DNA of 51,276 nucleotides from positions 1-51,276 of the forward strand of contig CAYHTN010000001.1 of assembly GCA_964359565.1 (NCBI GenBank). Reading direction: 5' to 3'. A program made the position numbers and the translations under genes. This document shows, piece by piece, positions 43,674 to 51,276 of the stretch (its first letter is position 1; every line of letters begins with the position of its first letter). A model generated the notes under the pieces. That model was given only the letters and a program-made list of their open reading frames with translations, made no database searches and was not told the DNA's origin. The DNA is from an uncultured Gammaproteobacteria bacterium (lineage in GTDB: Bacteria; Patescibacteriota; Patescibacteriia; 2-12-FULL-60-25).

Positions 43674-44810
43674 TTATTGTCGAATCGGCATGACCACGTA
43701 TTGGAATCCTTCTTTATCCGCCGGCTTTACCACAACCGCATTCATGGCATCAATCACATGGAGAACGACAAAATCCGTTTCCATGATACTCAGACCGTCA
43801 TTCATGTATTTGAAATTCAAGGTCACTTTATTTGATTCACCCTCAACGACGGCGTGTAATTTCGCCGTGTGCGCACCTGTGCCGGTATCCGCGGAAGAAA
43901 CCGTGAGCATGCCTTCGGTCGACATTTCAAAGAGAACGTCGTAAATACCTTGGCGAGAAAAAAGCGAGGCGGCACGGATCGCTTTCATGAGCTCCGTGCG
44001 CTTCACACGACAATTGGTGCGGAACTGTTTGGGGATAATCTGTTTATAGTCGGGAAAAGATCCTTCAATCAACCGAGAAACGAGTTCGACATTTCCAAAC
44101 GAGACGGCGAGCTGACTATCCGTCATCGACCACTCAATAAATTGTGGCATCCCAACCTCATCCTTGTATCCTGAAAGGATACGGCCGATTTCCTGCATCG
44201 CACGCGCGGGAATAATGCACTTCTTTTCCACATCTGAGCCCGCGCCTGTGGCTAAGTGCGCTTGGCGCTCCGCTAGACGATACGAATCCGTTGCCGCCAT
44301 CACCAAAGAATCTTTTCCACCTTGAGTATTAAAGAAACAGGCAACGCCACTAAGCTCAGGGCGAGAGTCCGAAACCGAAACCGCGAAAGCGACTTGGGAA
44401 ATCGCGTGGCGCAAAGGCTCCGCCTCCATCCGAAACGAGAGATCTTTTGCTAAACGTGGGATCAGAGGAAACTCTGTTGCGACAAGGCCCTTGATATTTG
44501 TCGTTTTTCCATCAGCCCGAATCTCGAGCTGATCATTCTTAAGCGCAAGCTCGACTTTTCCTTCGCCGAGAAGCCCGATGTAGTCCTGAAATAATTTTGC
44601 GGGCACCGTAAACTCTCCTGGCTGATCTACCTTGCCACGTACGAGCACAGATGTCGCCATCTCCAAATTCGTGGCCGAAATTCGAAGGTTGCCGCCATCG
44701 GTTTGCAGGAGTACGTGAGAGAGAATCGGAAGATTCGCGTTCTTCCCAGCCACGTGCGCGACTAGGGAAAGACCTTGAGCGAGATTTTCTTGAGTGCAAG
44801 CGAAGTTCAT
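43674..44810 (-). CDS. dnaN: DNA polymerase III beta sliding clamp
   Basis: 378 aa, with the three-domain clamp pattern (MNFACTQENLAQGLSLVAHVAGKNANLPILSHVLL... to ...VVMPIRQ). Located immediately downstream of dnaA. Confidence 0.93.
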   Translation of the reverse strand: MNFACTQENLAQGLSLVAHVAGKNANLPILSHVLLQTDGGNLRISATNLEMATSVLVRGKVDQPGEFTVPAKLFQDYIGLLGEGKVELALKNDQLEIRADGKTTNIKGLVATEFPLIPRLAKDLSFRMEAEPLRHAISQVAFAVSVSDSRPELSGVACFFNTQGGKDSLVMAATDSYRLAERQAHLATGAGSDVEKKCIIPARAMQEIGRILSGYKDEVGMPQFIEWSMTDSQLAVSFGNVELVSRLIEGSFPDYKQIIPKQFRTNCRVKRTELMKAIRAASLFSRQGIYDVLFEMSTEGMLTVSSADTGTGAHTAKLHAVVEGESNKVTLNFKYMNDGLSIMETDFVVLHVIDAMNAVVVKPADKEGFQYVVMPIRQ

Positions 44811-45114
44811 AGGAGATCAGTGTACCTAGACCTTGTACGTGTGGCGAATCGGTTCGTCAATAACCCCAAGATCCCCATACTTGGCGCATACCTTTGTCGC
44901 TCACTGCGTTTTTTGTTCACCGCTATTTCCATAGCGTCTCACAAAAAGCCTCGTTCGCTTCGCGGTCTGCATCCAAGTATGGGGATCTTGAAACAATGAT
45001 CGACTTCTTTCCCCAGCTCTCTGTATTAAAGAGATTTATATATAACTCAGTAGTAATAGTAATAAGGGCTGTGAGGTATGGGGACAGCGTCCGAATTTAA
45101 CTGGGTTGAGAGTA

Positions 45115-45144
45115 GAAACACCGTGGATCTGTCCACGGTGTTTC
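45115..45144. other. 13-bp perfect stem with tetraloop, downstream of dnaA
   Basis: GAAACACCGTGGA-TCTG-TCCACGGTGTTTC. No U-run on either strand, so its role (intrinsic terminator or protein site) is unresolved. Confidence 0.5.
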
Positions 45145-45260
45145 TGTGTACTGACTGTGTGAGGTGAGGGACTCGCTCTGGATAAGTGTGTGCAAGAGGG
45201 GCTGGATAGGGTTTTATTCTCTTTCTATACACGCTCGTGAACAGGCTTACCCCCATCTGA

Positions 45261-46673
45261 TTAAGATGTGGACGAGCTTGTGGAGTAAAGCTTTTCGCGA
45301 AGCGTCCCGAGGTTTCGTTTGAGCTCTTCGTCGGTTTTTAAGAGGGTATTGATCTTGTCGCAGGCATGCATGGCGGTAGTGTGATCGCGTCCACCGATAT
45401 GATGACCGATGGCGGGATAGGAGCATTTTATCTCTTCACGTAGCAAAAACATGGCAATCTGACGAGGGAGGGCAAAACGTTGTTCACGGCTTTTCCCCAG
45501 GATATCCTCCATGGTGATGTCGTAGTGGTGCGTAATCGCTTCTAAGAGATGACGGGGGGTGAGGGTGCGTTTGGTGATCGTTGGCGCGAAACTTTGAAGT
45601 AGGGTCTGAACAGATTCGGTGCTCGGTAATAAGTTCTTGAATTGGTGGTAGGCGATGATCTTGTTGAGGGCGCCTTCGAGTTCACGAATATTGGATTGAA
45701 TCGACCCGGCAATAGAATGCATGATCTCGATCGAAAGAGGGTATTGCTTCTCGCGAGATTTAGCTTGAAGGATTGCGACCCGGGTCTCGAAATCCGGTTT
45801 TGAGATGTCAGCCATCATGCCCCACTCGAATCGTGAGAGGAGGCGACTCTCGAGAGTTGGAATATCTTTTGGGGGACGATCAGAGGCGATCACGATCTGC
45901 TTGTTGTTCTGATGCAAGGTGTTGAAGGTATGAAAAAACTCCTCTTGTGTGCCTTCTTTGCCGGTTAAAAACTGAATGTCATCGATTAAAAGTAGATCGA
46001 CGGTGCGATAGGTTTCTTTGAAGTCTGCCCCACGACCACTCCGGACGGCTTGGATAAATTCATTTGTAAAACGCTCGCAGGTCACGTAACGGACCTTCGC
46101 TTGTGGCTGTTGTGAAACTAAATGATGGCCGATGGCTTGTAAGAGGTGGGTTTTTCCCATGCCGACACCGCCGTAGATAAAAAGGGGGTTGTAGGTCTGA
46201 CCCGGTTTTGCAGCTACCGCCATGGAGGCGGCATGAGCGAGCTCGTTTCCTTTCCCAACGATGAACTGCTCGAACACATAGCGAGGATTAAGGCCGATAT
46301 CACAGGTATTACCCTCATGACTTGCAACGGAATCATGACCGCCTCCGTGCTGAGGTTGTGCGAGGTGGACACCGTCAGGCAGCGCTTCGGCGGCAATGTG
46401 CTCAAGAGGGAGGATGGTGGTGTTCTTCACTTCAACGCGATAAGTCACTTCGCGAATGTTCTGATTGGCGGCCGCGCGCAGGGATTTGACGATCGATTCA
46501 TGATATTTTTTCTCTAACCACGCTTTGGTGAAGGTGTTAGGGACAGCGATAATCACGCGGGTGTTCTCAAAAGAGCTGATAAACGTATTTTTGAACCACG
46601 TCGTGAAATTCGCCTTCGACAGGGTAAGCTCGAGCTCGCCGAGAGCCGCTTGCCAGATCGCTTGTGTGTCCAT
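45261..46673 (-). CDS. dnaA: chromosomal replication initiator DnaA
   Basis: Walker A GGVGMGKTHL, Walker B LLLIDDIQF, sensor motifs and the C-terminal DNA-binding helix (IGGRDHTTAMHACDKI). Start set at the ATG at 46673 (MDTQAIWQAAL); the tracked 46721 extension is hydrophobic and unlikely. Confidence 0.95.
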   Translation of the reverse strand: MDTQAIWQAALGELELTLSKANFTTWFKNTFISSFENTRVIIAVPNTFTKAWLEKKYHESIVKSLRAAANQNIREVTYRVEVKNTTILPLEHIAAEALPDGVHLAQPQHGGGHDSVASHEGNTCDIGLNPRYVFEQFIVGKGNELAHAASMAVAAKPGQTYNPLFIYGGVGMGKTHLLQAIGHHLVSQQPQAKVRYVTCERFTNEFIQAVRSGRGADFKETYRTVDLLLIDDIQFLTGKEGTQEEFFHTFNTLHQNNKQIVIASDRPPKDIPTLESRLLSRFEWGMMADISKPDFETRVAILQAKSREKQYPLSIEIMHSIAGSIQSNIRELEGALNKIIAYHQFKNLLPSTESVQTLLQSFAPTITKRTLTPRHLLEAITHHYDITMEDILGKSREQRFALPRQIAMFLLREEIKCSYPAIGHHIGGRDHTTAMHACDKINTLLKTDEELKRNLGTLREKLYSTSSSTS

Positions 46674-46929
46674 AGAGACGTGAAAAATGAAAAAATAACT
46701 GAACCGCAAGACCGAAAACAACGTTCTGAAATGGTGAGTGCGTCTTGCGGACGATAATTCCAGTTATGCACAGCCCTGTCAAATTTGCACACGTTGAAAA
46801 AACAGTTGGGGACAACATGTGGAGGAAGGGGATAATAAAAATGCAAATTTTCTATTTATTGAGCGGCTTTCGGTTTTATTTTTTCTTTGTAGTTTTGACT
46901 ACTTGTCTTTTACAAACTGGTCCGCACTC

Positions 46930-48414
46930 CTACTTTTGACGTAGCAAATCAAGGGCGCGCCAATCATTACGAACGAGCAGGCGCCAATCCATCTCGGCGG
47001 ACTGCGACAAGAACTCTTTTTTAAAATCTAATTCACGTTGAAGGCAGGCGATTTCGGTTTCGTTCACCATACAATGTCCATGAGCCCGTAATTGGAGATT
47101 CGGATCTTCATTCCAGGCCCGACGAACTAAACTCACGAGCGGAGGAAGCGCATCCGAAGAGAGGGTGAGGAGATAGGGGGCGTCTAGTTTTGTGGTTTCA
47201 CCGACCAAGTAGCGATGAATATTATATTCTGCCACGCGTCCTTCGTGGTTTACGAACACAAGCGGGAGCACGAGCACGAATGAACCAATCACGAGGCCTT
47301 GCACGAATCGAGGAATGCTCACCTTTCGGAGCAAGCAGAACGCACACCAGGTAAGAACACAGGCAACGAGAAGAAGGCCAACGCCTCCCCACCAACGTGC
47401 CACAGTCAGATTATAGGCAGACACATACATGGAAAGCCGGGTCCACGCCGAAGCGAGGACGACGGCTGTTTGGGCGAGGAGGGTAAGAAGAAGAATGCGA
47501 GTGAGGCGAAGCTTGGTACCTGCAATGCGATAGCAAAAGAAGGCGATGCCAAAGACAAGCACACCGACCCAAAAAAGTTGGTAGAAGCTCTGTTTGGCAT
47601 AATCGGCATAGGTAAGTCCGGTTGCGGTCCAATGGCCACTCCCCTGTACGACATAGAGAACTTGAATGATCACGAAGGCGAGGAAGATGCCGTTAAGCGC
47701 GACGAGGAAGGTGTGAAGAGCGAGGTAATCTTTAAAAGCATGTACCGTTTCTCCTGCTTCTGTAGTGATGGCGGGAATGAGCCGTCGGCGTAAAGCCGTC
47801 CCTATAAAACCAATGAAGAAGATGCCGATAAGGATATCGAGGAACCAGACACCCGCATCAGTAGGGAGAATATTCCAATCGAAGACGCGATGGATGAGTT
47901 GGGCGAATGTGGCATCTGCGGCCGAGAAGAGAGAGGTAATAATCCAAAGGAGAGGAAAACCTACGGCAAGACCAAGGACGATCTGCCAGACGTGTTTTCC
48001 GGAAGCTTGAGAAGGGACCGCGAGGTGCTCGCGAAATCGTCGGAATGGCCAGAGCGTTTCCTGAAAGAAGGCGGGAGGAGTAAACGAAAACGCTTCACGC
48101 CAGGAGCGAGTGCTGGCAGTCACCCAATAGGAAAAGAGAGCGAGGCTCGTCGGAACAATCATCCAAGCGACCGTTCGAACCGCGTCTCCGGCATACCAGC
48201 TCTCGCCAAAGATCCCAGCACAGGCAGGGATAAGAAAAACGGTCGCCCAAGGATTTCGTAATTGTTTATCCCAGCGGGTCGCCGCCTGAAAGACAACAAA
48301 ATACGCAATCGCGAACAGGGCAAGACTCACCCCGAACGGAACTTTGGCGAGCGTTTGATGAAAAACGACGACAAGCGCAAGAACGAGTGCGATAACGCGA
48401 ATACGTGGATCCAT
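46930..48414 (-). CDS. polytopic membrane protein (DUF4153/DUF4173-like, tentative)
   Basis: 494 aa with about 10-12 hydrophobic helices and a soluble C-terminal ~100 aa. The family name is from memory only. Confidence 0.6.
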   Translation of the reverse strand: MDPRIRVIALVLALVVVFHQTLAKVPFGVSLALFAIAYFVVFQAATRWDKQLRNPWATVFLIPACAGIFGESWYAGDAVRTVAWMIVPTSLALFSYWVTASTRSWREAFSFTPPAFFQETLWPFRRFREHLAVPSQASGKHVWQIVLGLAVGFPLLWIITSLFSAADATFAQLIHRVFDWNILPTDAGVWFLDILIGIFFIGFIGTALRRRLIPAITTEAGETVHAFKDYLALHTFLVALNGIFLAFVIIQVLYVVQGSGHWTATGLTYADYAKQSFYQLFWVGVLVFGIAFFCYRIAGTKLRLTRILLLTLLAQTAVVLASAWTRLSMYVSAYNLTVARWWGGVGLLLVACVLTWCAFCLLRKVSIPRFVQGLVIGSFVLVLPLVFVNHEGRVAEYNIHRYLVGETTKLDAPYLLTLSSDALPPLVSLVRRAWNEDPNLQLRAHGHCMVNETEIACLQRELDFKKEFLSQSAEMDWRLLVRNDWRALDLLRQK

Positions 48415-48467
48415 AGAATGATCAAAAAAGAGGAGTATTGTTCTCTCTAACGATAGAAGGGTTCGTT

Positions 48468-48538
48468 ATGACGCTTGGTCTAGCATAGCGTCATCCTCGG
48501 ATCTTCGTTCCGCAAGCTCCACTCCGTCCGAGGATGAC
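48468..48538. repeat. two overlapping, mutually exclusive hairpins sharing the TCCGAGGATGAC repeat core
   Basis: Hairpin A is ATGACGCT (48468-48475) with AGCGTCAT (48487-48494). Hairpin B is GTCATCCTCGGA (48490-48501) with TCCGAGGATGAC (48527-48538). The two share 48490-48494. Confidence 0.55.
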
Positions 48539-48691
48539 AAAGGGGAGGATCTTTGAAGAAATCTTCTCAATGGGTTAATAAAAAATGTCCAGACATATTT
48601 TTGGCTCTATGGAGAGAAAATAATGGTAAAAATTCAAATAAGGCTCTGCTATTGAAAAAAAAGAGGAACTCCGCTAGAGTACTCCCATTCT

Positions 48692-48850
48692 ATGGCCACA
48701 AAACGAACCTATCAGCCCAAAAAGCGCCGCCGAGCCAAAGTGCATGGCTTTTTAGTGCGTATGCGTACCCGTGGAGGACGTGAAGTCCTTTCTCGTCGTC
48801 GTGCCAAGGGCCGAAAACGCATTGCGATCAAAACCGGCCGGGTTGCTTAA
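48692..48850 (+). CDS. rpmH: 50S ribosomal protein L34
   Basis: Hand translation gives [52 protein letters not shown] (52 aa). It is too short for the ORF track. Canonical position upstream of rnpA. Confidence 0.92.
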   Translation: MATKRTYQPKKRRRAKVHGFLVRMRTRGGREVLSRRRAKGRKRIAIKTGRVA

Positions 48851-48892
48851 GCTTTATTTTGGTGCGTTTTGCATCAAAAGAGCTGACGTAAG

Positions 48893-49309
48893 ATGCTCCC
48901 CAAGGTCCATCGATTGCGCCGTATGCGCGACTTCGCCCTGCTGTCTCAGCGGGGCCGAGTTGTTTATGGGCGCTTTTTTACGCTCCGCATTCGTCAAAGC
49001 AAGGAACCGACGAAGATTGGGTTTGTGATCACGACCAAGATGTTTAAGCGCGCCAATAAGCGCAATCGTATTAAACGGCGGATGCGCGAAATCCTCCGTT
49101 TGAATCAAGTCGCTTGGCCGCAGAATATGGACCTGCTCTTTATTGCCAAGCCTGAAGCCCTGACTGCTCCTTTTGCAGAGCTCACGACCGCTGTTCTTCA
49201 CTCGTTTGAAAAAATTCCGGAAGCGCTGATAAAGCCCGTTCCGAAGCGGCCACCGAAAGCTAAACGAAAATCGTCTATTGTCTTTCAGGCCCCAACCGCG
49301 GCAGTATAA
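48893..49309 (+). CDS. rnpA: RNase P protein component
   Basis: 138 aa, basic, with KVHRLRRMRDF..., the RNR-like motif KRANKRNRIKRRMRE and the rpmH-rnpA-yidD synteny. Confidence 0.9.
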   Translation: MLPKVHRLRRMRDFALLSQRGRVVYGRFFTLRIRQSKEPTKIGFVITTKMFKRANKRNRIKRRMREILRLNQVAWPQNMDLLFIAKPEALTAPFAELTTAVLHSFEKIPEALIKPVPKRPPKAKRKSSIVFQAPTAAV

Positions 49310-49315
49310 AGAAAT

Positions 49316-49582
49316 ATGTTTTGGCACCAGATCACACAGTTCCCTCGAAGGATCGTTCTGGTGCTTATTCGTATCTATCAAAAAACACTTTCTCCGGATC
49401 ATGGGCTCATGAAGGTCTTTTTCCCGCACGGCGCCTGTCGTTTTCGCCCAACCTGTTCGGAGTATGGCTATGACGCGATGGAGCGATTCGGTCTTTTTAA
49501 AGGAGGATGGATGACCTTTAAGCGTATTAATCGCTGTCATCCCTGGCATCCGGGAGGCTGGGATCCGGTGCCGAAAGAATAA
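49316..49582 (+). CDS. yidD: membrane protein insertion efficiency factor YidD
   Basis: 88 aa with [10 protein letters not shown]...[21 protein letters not shown]......[17 protein letters not shown]. Confidence 0.9.
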   Translation: MFWHQITQFPRRIVLVLIRIYQKTLSPDHGLMKVFFPHGACRFRPTCSEYGYDAMERFGLFKGGWMTFKRINRCHPWHPGGWDPVPKE

Positions 49583-49602
49583 AGTGTCATAATAGGATCA
49601 GT

Positions 49603-50277
49603 ATGTACGTTGAGAAAGGCAAATCTCTTAACGTATATTTTATGACCTCTCTTTTCCGTTCTAAACTCTTCTGGACCCTCCTTGCAGGTAAAATTATTCT
49701 TTCTGCCATCTTTCTCACGACTTTATTGCCGGCGTATGCAAAGACGTCGCCGGTCGTGACCCCCGTGAAAAAGGCGGTTGTCACGGTCTGCCCAGCGCTC
49801 AAAGTTAACACATTTGCCCCGGCAAAAGGCTTTAATTTTCCATTTTCTTTCAACATTCCTTCTGGGTGGAGCGCGGTTTGGCATAACCGCGGTGGCGTGT
49901 GTGTCGGTCAAGCTTGCGTCGCAAGTACTATCGAATTGAACCCGGGCTATGTCTATGATGCTGATCGTGGCGCGATACGGCAGGGAGCGGCAATCCAACT
50001 TTCTCTGATTGATAAGCCCTCATTTGGAGGAGGTGGGGATGAAGTAGTGGAGAAACTCATGGAACGGGTACAAATCACAAAATCAAAAACAACGTTATTA
50101 GGAACACATCTGCTTACAACCTACGAGGGAAAGATCGCGACCTTGAATCAGCAAGTCCCTTCTCGTGATTATGTGATCCTTTTGAAAGGGCACATGCTCC
50201 ATATTTCGATCGAACAAGTGACTCCCGAAAATGAGCAGATGGTGCAATTTATTCTGAACTCAATCAAGGATCGATAG
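49603..50277 (+). CDS. hypothetical secreted protein
   Basis: 224 aa with a signal-peptide-like LLAGKIILSAIFLTTLLPAYA/KT. An ATG at 49642 is an alternative start. It sits where yidC would normally follow yidD. Confidence 0.6.
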   Translation: MYVEKGKSLNVYFMTSLFRSKLFWTLLAGKIILSAIFLTTLLPAYAKTSPVVTPVKKAVVTVCPALKVNTFAPAKGFNFPFSFNIPSGWSAVWHNRGGVCVGQACVASTIELNPGYVYDADRGAIRQGAAIQLSLIDKPSFGGGGDEVVEKLMERVQITKSKTTLLGTHLLTTYEGKIATLNQQVPSRDYVILLKGHMLHISIEQVTPENEQMVQFILNSIKDR

Positions 50278-50320
50278 GGAGTAAAGAAGAGAATATAAAA
50301 AGCAAAAACACGTTCTGCCT

Positions 50321-50581
50321 CTAGAACGTGTTTTTGATGTCAATATTATCGGGGATATCGAGGCATTTTAGACGGCCGCGTGATCCGGCATGAAGAAAAA
50401 GACTCGTAAACGGGAGACGGAGTTTTTTGGCGAGAAAACGGAGGAGAGCTTCATTTGCTCGTCCTTCGACCGGAGGGGCGGCGAGACGTATTTTGAGGAT
50501 ATCGTCTTCCCAACCGATGATCTCAGTTGTTTTTGCGTTTGGGGTTACGCGGACAGAAAGGCGCATACTATTACGAATCAC
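50321..50581 (-). CDS. DUF167 (YggU/UPF0235) family protein
   Basis: 86 aa with VRVTPNAKTTEIIGWEDDILKIRLAAPPVEGRANEALLRFLAKKL. Confidence 0.8.
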   Translation of the reverse strand: MIRNSMRLSVRVTPNAKTTEIIGWEDDILKIRLAAPPVEGRANEALLRFLAKKLRLPFTSLFLHAGSRGRLKCLDIPDNIDIKNTF

Positions 50582-51276
50582 GGAATTTCTTCAGAATTTT
50601 CAAATCGGTTTGCACATCATCTGGTTCCGTCTCGAGAATCAAATTGAGATGGGCAAGTTTTTTATGATGAATAATCGCATCAAAACCATCGAGACCGATA
50701 AAGCCTTTGCCTAAGTGCTCGTGACGATCTTTGCGTGCCCCGAGCTCAACCTTCGAGTCATTACAGTGACTCATTTTAAGACGTTTTAAGCCGATCAATG
50801 TATCAAATTGCGTAAACGTTTTCTTAACCGCTGCTTTGGTGCGGAGATCGTATCCGCTCGCAAAGGCGTGGGCGGTATCAAAACAGACGCCGAGTTCAGG
50901 ATTTCCGATCCCTTCGAGCAGAGCAGCCACTTCTTCGAAGGTATCTCCGATCACCATGCCGGCTCCGGCGGAGATTTCGATTAAAAGTTGAGTCGTGCCA
51001 TTGTATTTATCGAGAACTTTTTTGATACCTTCAATAACATAGGCGAGACCTTGTTCTTCGCCCACGTCTTTGGCGCTCCCGGGATGAAACATGACATAGG
51101 AGGCACCGAGCAGGGTGCCGCGCTCTAATTCTTCGCGGATGATACGAATGGAGTTTCCGCGAATGCGTCCTTCGGCGTTTGCGAAGTTGATATAGTAGGG
51201 AGCGTGAATGGCCCAATCTTTGAGATTGCCCGCAGCACAATTTGCCTGAAAGGCATCAACGATTTCTGGGGTGAGG
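50571..51276 (-). CDS. nfo: endonuclease IV (deoxyribonuclease IV), 5'-truncated by the window edge
   Basis: Motifs HAPYYINFAN (from my own translation upstream of the tracked Met), MFHPGS, CFDTAHAFASGYD and DRHEHLGKGFIG. The reading frame stays open to position 51276. Confidence 0.9.
   Translation of the reverse strand, partial: LTPEIVDAFQANCAAGNLKDWAIHAPYYINFANAEGRIRGNSIRIIREELERGTLLGASYVMFHPGSAKDVGEEQGLAYVIEGIKKVLDKYNGTTQLLIEISAGAGMVIGDTFEEVAALLEGIGNPELGVCFDTAHAFASGYDLRTKAAVKKTFTQFDTLIGLKRLKMSHCNDSKVELGARKDRHEHLGKGFIGLDGFDAIIHHKKLAHLNLILETEPDDVQTDLKILKKFRDS

Noticed and set aside
42919-43944. 341-aa + strand ORF overlapping the Cys-rich lipoprotein frame
   Set aside because: Its composition is extreme R/A/S/P low complexity. 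It reads straight through the 22-bp palindromic terminator and into the antisense of dnaN. The 205-aa frame has an RBS, a signal peptide and a lipobox.
48854-49549. 231-aa minus-strand ORF
   Set aside because: It is antisense to rnpA and yidD, both of which have unmistakable family motifs and canonical synteny.

Overview
This 51.3-kb window is a chromosomal segment from a moderate-GC bacterium; hand-counted host lines run about 42-47% G+C. The gene content points to a reduced-genome Patescibacteria/CPR-like organism (inference only): TrmB-like regulators, a 3D-domain protein, giant TM-anchored surface proteins, an O-antigen-ligase/TPR fusion and a compact replication core.

Housekeeping content:
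- rpmH-rnpA-yidD diverge from a membrane gene followed by dnaA-dnaN.
- Other core genes are polA, holA-like, rpsT, a class A PBP, lspA, comM, a DksA/TraR zinc-finger gene, a LysM/M23 peptidase, rdgB, a deoxynucleoside kinase and nfo (partial at the window end).
- There are four tRNAs, all with encoded CCA: Ala-GGC, Ala-CGC, Arg-CCU and Cys-GCA.

Accessory or unusual content:
1. A large serine recombinase plus an HNH-like gene sit directly against the 3' end of tRNA-Ala(GGC).
2. A TrmB-flanked locus carries a very GC-rich class-B-like radical SAM gene with a Cx8Cx2C motif, a host-GC HExxH protein and a GC-rich GNAT gene.
3. Two more isolated, very GC-rich lipoprotein genes occur elsewhere in the window.
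4. A 12.7-kb co-directional operon encodes six envelope proteins with no recognisable assembly machinery. I consider this the best candidate for an undescribed system.
5. Nine perfect consensus DnaA boxes cluster at about 2.0 kb and about 32.1-32.4 kb, away from dnaA, while the dnaA flanks have only degenerate boxes.
6. An ORF-free, hairpin-rich stretch of about 0.8 kb (2.07-2.86 kb) may be a large structured RNA.
7. A short inverted-repeat family with core TCCGAGGATGAC occurs at two intergenic loci.

No CRISPR array and no rRNA were seen. All functional calls rest on motif recognition by eye; no database search was run.
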